A DNA stretch of 60,079 nt, the filler included. It is 9 parts of 9 records of this genome, joined end to end, with 100 filler letters (N's around TTAATTAATTAA, not from the genome) between each part and the next. Parts side by side here need not be neighbours in the genome. Positions count along the whole stretch, not along the records: positions 54,192 to 60,079 come from SRR31156797_42931; 8 more parts are not named here. One strand, 5' to 3'. This document shows positions 58,138-60,079 of the stretch, piece after piece. Each line of letters begins with the position of its first letter. Position 1 is the stretch's first letter. The position numbers were made by a program, and so were the translations under genes. The notes beneath the pieces are model-generated. The model ran no database searches. It was not told where the DNA came from and saw only the letters and a program-made list of their open reading frames with translations.

Positions 58138-59985
58138 CTATTGCATCTGACAGTTCAAACATAGCGCGTAGTAACCTTTAGGATCATTGAAGCTGCTCAT
58201 CAAGCTTGCATCATTGATCAGTTGTTTGGTTGCTGGCTGCAGCGCTACTGGAATCATGCTTGAGATATCTAAACCCAAGCTGACTTTCAGTTGGCCAAAC
58301 AGGTCTTGCAGGAATTCTTGTGCAGGGCTAAGAGGTTTACTTACCCAGAACAGACTGTAGTCATCCAGGTTGGCTAACTCAGCCGCCATAGCCACAGCAT
58401 CATCGAAGTCGCCCAGCTTATCTACTAGACCCAGTTTTTGGGCATCCAGCGCTGTCCATACTCGGCCTTGCGCAATTTTATCCACCTCATCTACGGACAT
58501 TTGGCGATTTTCTGCGACTAGAGTGATAAAGCGTTGGTAGCCATTTTCAATACCCATTTGTAGCACCTGCTTCACACCTTCGTTAAGTCCGGTTGTAATA
58601 CCAACACCAGATAGAGGGGAAGTGCCCACGCCATCGGTGTAAATACCCATTTTGTTTAATCCTTTTTCGAATGTGGTGATCACACTGAAAATACCGATTG
58701 AGCCTGTTAAGGTGGTTGGTTGAGCAATAATTTTATGAGCGCTCATCGAGATCCAATAACCGCCAGACGCAGCCAAGCTCGACATCGAAACCACAACCGG
58801 TTTACCCGCATCTTTAAGGGCTTGAATTTCATTACGAATCACTTCTGATGCGAAAGCGCTGCCTCCCGGGCTATCAACACGCAGAACGACTGCTTTTACA
58901 TTTTCATCGTTACGGGCTTGGCGTAAAAGAGCAGCAGTACTATCACCTCCGACGCTGCCGCGAGGTTGTGAGCCATCCATGATCGCACCGCTAGCCACAA
59001 CCACAGCGATCTCACTAGCCGCTGTAGCATTTGTGTTATCGATAGTCGCGATATAGTCATAGTAGCCAATGGCGTTGTAGCTATCCTTTCCATCGCTACC
59101 AAAAGATTCAGCAAGTTCTTCGCGGATTTGTTGACGTGAAGCGAGTTCATCCACCAAACCTAAGTTAAGTGATAACTGAGCGAGATCTCCGGAGTTCTGC
59201 TCCAGTAGTTCGATAAACTCTTCCATGTTTGGAGTAAGCGTATTTGCGTCAATACCACGGTTGGTCGATACATCATCGATATACGCCCCCCAAAGCTGAG
59301 TGAGCCAACGTGAAGCCGATTCTCGTGCTGCGTCAGACATATCATCCCGAACAAACGGTTCGATTGCCGACTTGTAAGTACCAACACGGAACACGTGCGT
59401 ATTGACATCAAGCTTTTCTAACAAGCTTTTGTAATACAGGTTGTAAGCACTGTACCCATGAAGCAGCACAGCACCATCTGGTGATAAGAAAACCTTATCG
59501 GCATAGCTCGCGAGATAGTACTGACTCTGGTTATACATAGAACCAGAAGCGAATACCGGTTTACCGGATGCTTTGAACTCATTGATTGCCTTGGCAATAT
59601 AACGAAGCTTGGTCAAATTGGTTTCAGGCATATCACGCAGTGCCAGTACTAGACCAGTAATGCTGTCATCATCTTTGGCATGGCGAATGGTATCGACAAT
59701 ATCGAACAGAACGTTCTCTTTCGGTAAATCTTGCCCAAGTAGGGAGCCTGTCATGGAATCCATTGGGTTAAGGTAACTGCTTTGTTCAACGATAGGACCG
59801 GTAAGGTTCAGGACTAAAGCTGATGATTTCTCGACGGCAGGGGCTGGAGCTTCATAAGCATATAAGAAGTAAACGAGAGCTATACTGAGTAAAAAAATCA
59901 GGTTAGTGAGGGCTAGGCGAATGAAAGTGATTAGCTTCCAAATCCATTTAAAAATTAACCCAATAAAGCGGAATATTGTTTTCAT
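58138..59985 (-). CDS. sppA: Signal peptide peptidase SppA (protease IV, long form)
   Basis: N-terminal TM, GTYKSAIEP, RVDSPGGS, AASGGYW, TGSIG. Confidence 0.96.
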   Translation of the reverse strand: MKTIFRFIGLIFKWIWKLITFIRLALTNLIFLLSIALVYFLYAYEAPAPAVEKSSALVLNLTGPIVEQSSYLNPMDSMTGSLLGQDLPKENVLFDIVDTIRHAKDDDSITGLVLALRDMPETNLTKLRYIAKAINEFKASGKPVFASGSMYNQSQYYLASYADKVFLSPDGAVLLHGYSAYNLYYKSLLEKLDVNTHVFRVGTYKSAIEPFVRDDMSDAARESASRWLTQLWGAYIDDVSTNRGIDANTLTPNMEEFIELLEQNSGDLAQLSLNLGLVDELASRQQIREELAESFGSDGKDSYNAIGYYDYIATIDNTNATAASEIAVVVASGAIMDGSQPRGSVGGDSTAALLRQARNDENVKAVVLRVDSPGGSAFASEVIRNEIQALKDAGKPVVVSMSSLAASGGYWISMSAHKIIAQPTTLTGSIGIFSVITTFEKGLNKMGIYTDGVGTSPLSGVGITTGLNEGVKQVLQMGIENGYQRFITLVAENRQMSVDEVDKIAQGRVWTALDAQKLGLVDKLGDFDDAVAMAAELANLDDYSLFWVSKPLSPAQEFLQDLFGQLKVSLGLDISSMIPVALQPATKQLINDASLMSSFNDPKGYYALCLNCQMQ

Positions 59986-60079
59986 TGTGTCTCCAGCAAA
60001 ATATTCGAATTGCTTGTTAATACCACCGATGAGATTGATTCGGAATATTAATATACCTAAGTAACCTCAAGATGCTGGT

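Overview
This window is not one genome. It is nine unrelated contigs joined by 100-bp spacers (N44-TTAATTAATTAA-N44), so gene neighbourhoods mean something only within a contig. Taxon labels below are inferences from protein style and base composition. (1) 1-5985, deltaproteobacterial-type anaerobe: a minus-strand operon of two DUF4198 (NikK-like) exported proteins, a NapH/MauN-like membrane polyferredoxin, a double-cubane cluster protein (DCCP/HgdB-D family) with its ATP-dependent activase, and a Cys-bearing UreH/DsbD_2 membrane protein. This is the best candidate for an undescribed system. (2) 6086-12090, spirochaete-like: batC/D/E, CoA-binding protein, dsbD and a tandem-domain NDK. (3) 12191-21333: a ~2350-aa Gly-repeat autotransporter and two PEP-CTERM-type proteins behind a sigma54 promoter. 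(4) 21434-27423: a defence island with an RHH-GNAT TA pair, HigB/HigA-IrrE, a TPR-HEPN (LA2681-like) protein, and hsdM fused by deletion to an hsdR tail. It is punctuated by two remnants of a REP-associated tyrosine transposase element. (5) 27524-32604, possibly Methanosarcinales: a decaying hydrolase/flavodoxin/Isf/cupin/ADH cluster. (6) 32705-38385, Desulfobacterales-like: PilZ, purC, orphan ParB-like, TetR, acs. (7) 38486-47949, Campylobacterota-like: hybrid kinase plus HD-GYP regulator, and an atypical ars operon (arsR-aquaporin-arsC-secreted degenerate MBL-chrA-arsP-thioredoxin). (8) 48050-54091: a catabolic cluster (BKACE, lactonase-like MBL, amidohydrolase, TetR, YdhR, acyl-CoA dehydrogenase) with readable operators. 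(9) 54192-60079, Vibrio core genes gapA-msrB-DUF2989-yeaC-ansA-sppA. I saw no rRNA, tRNA or CRISPR array.
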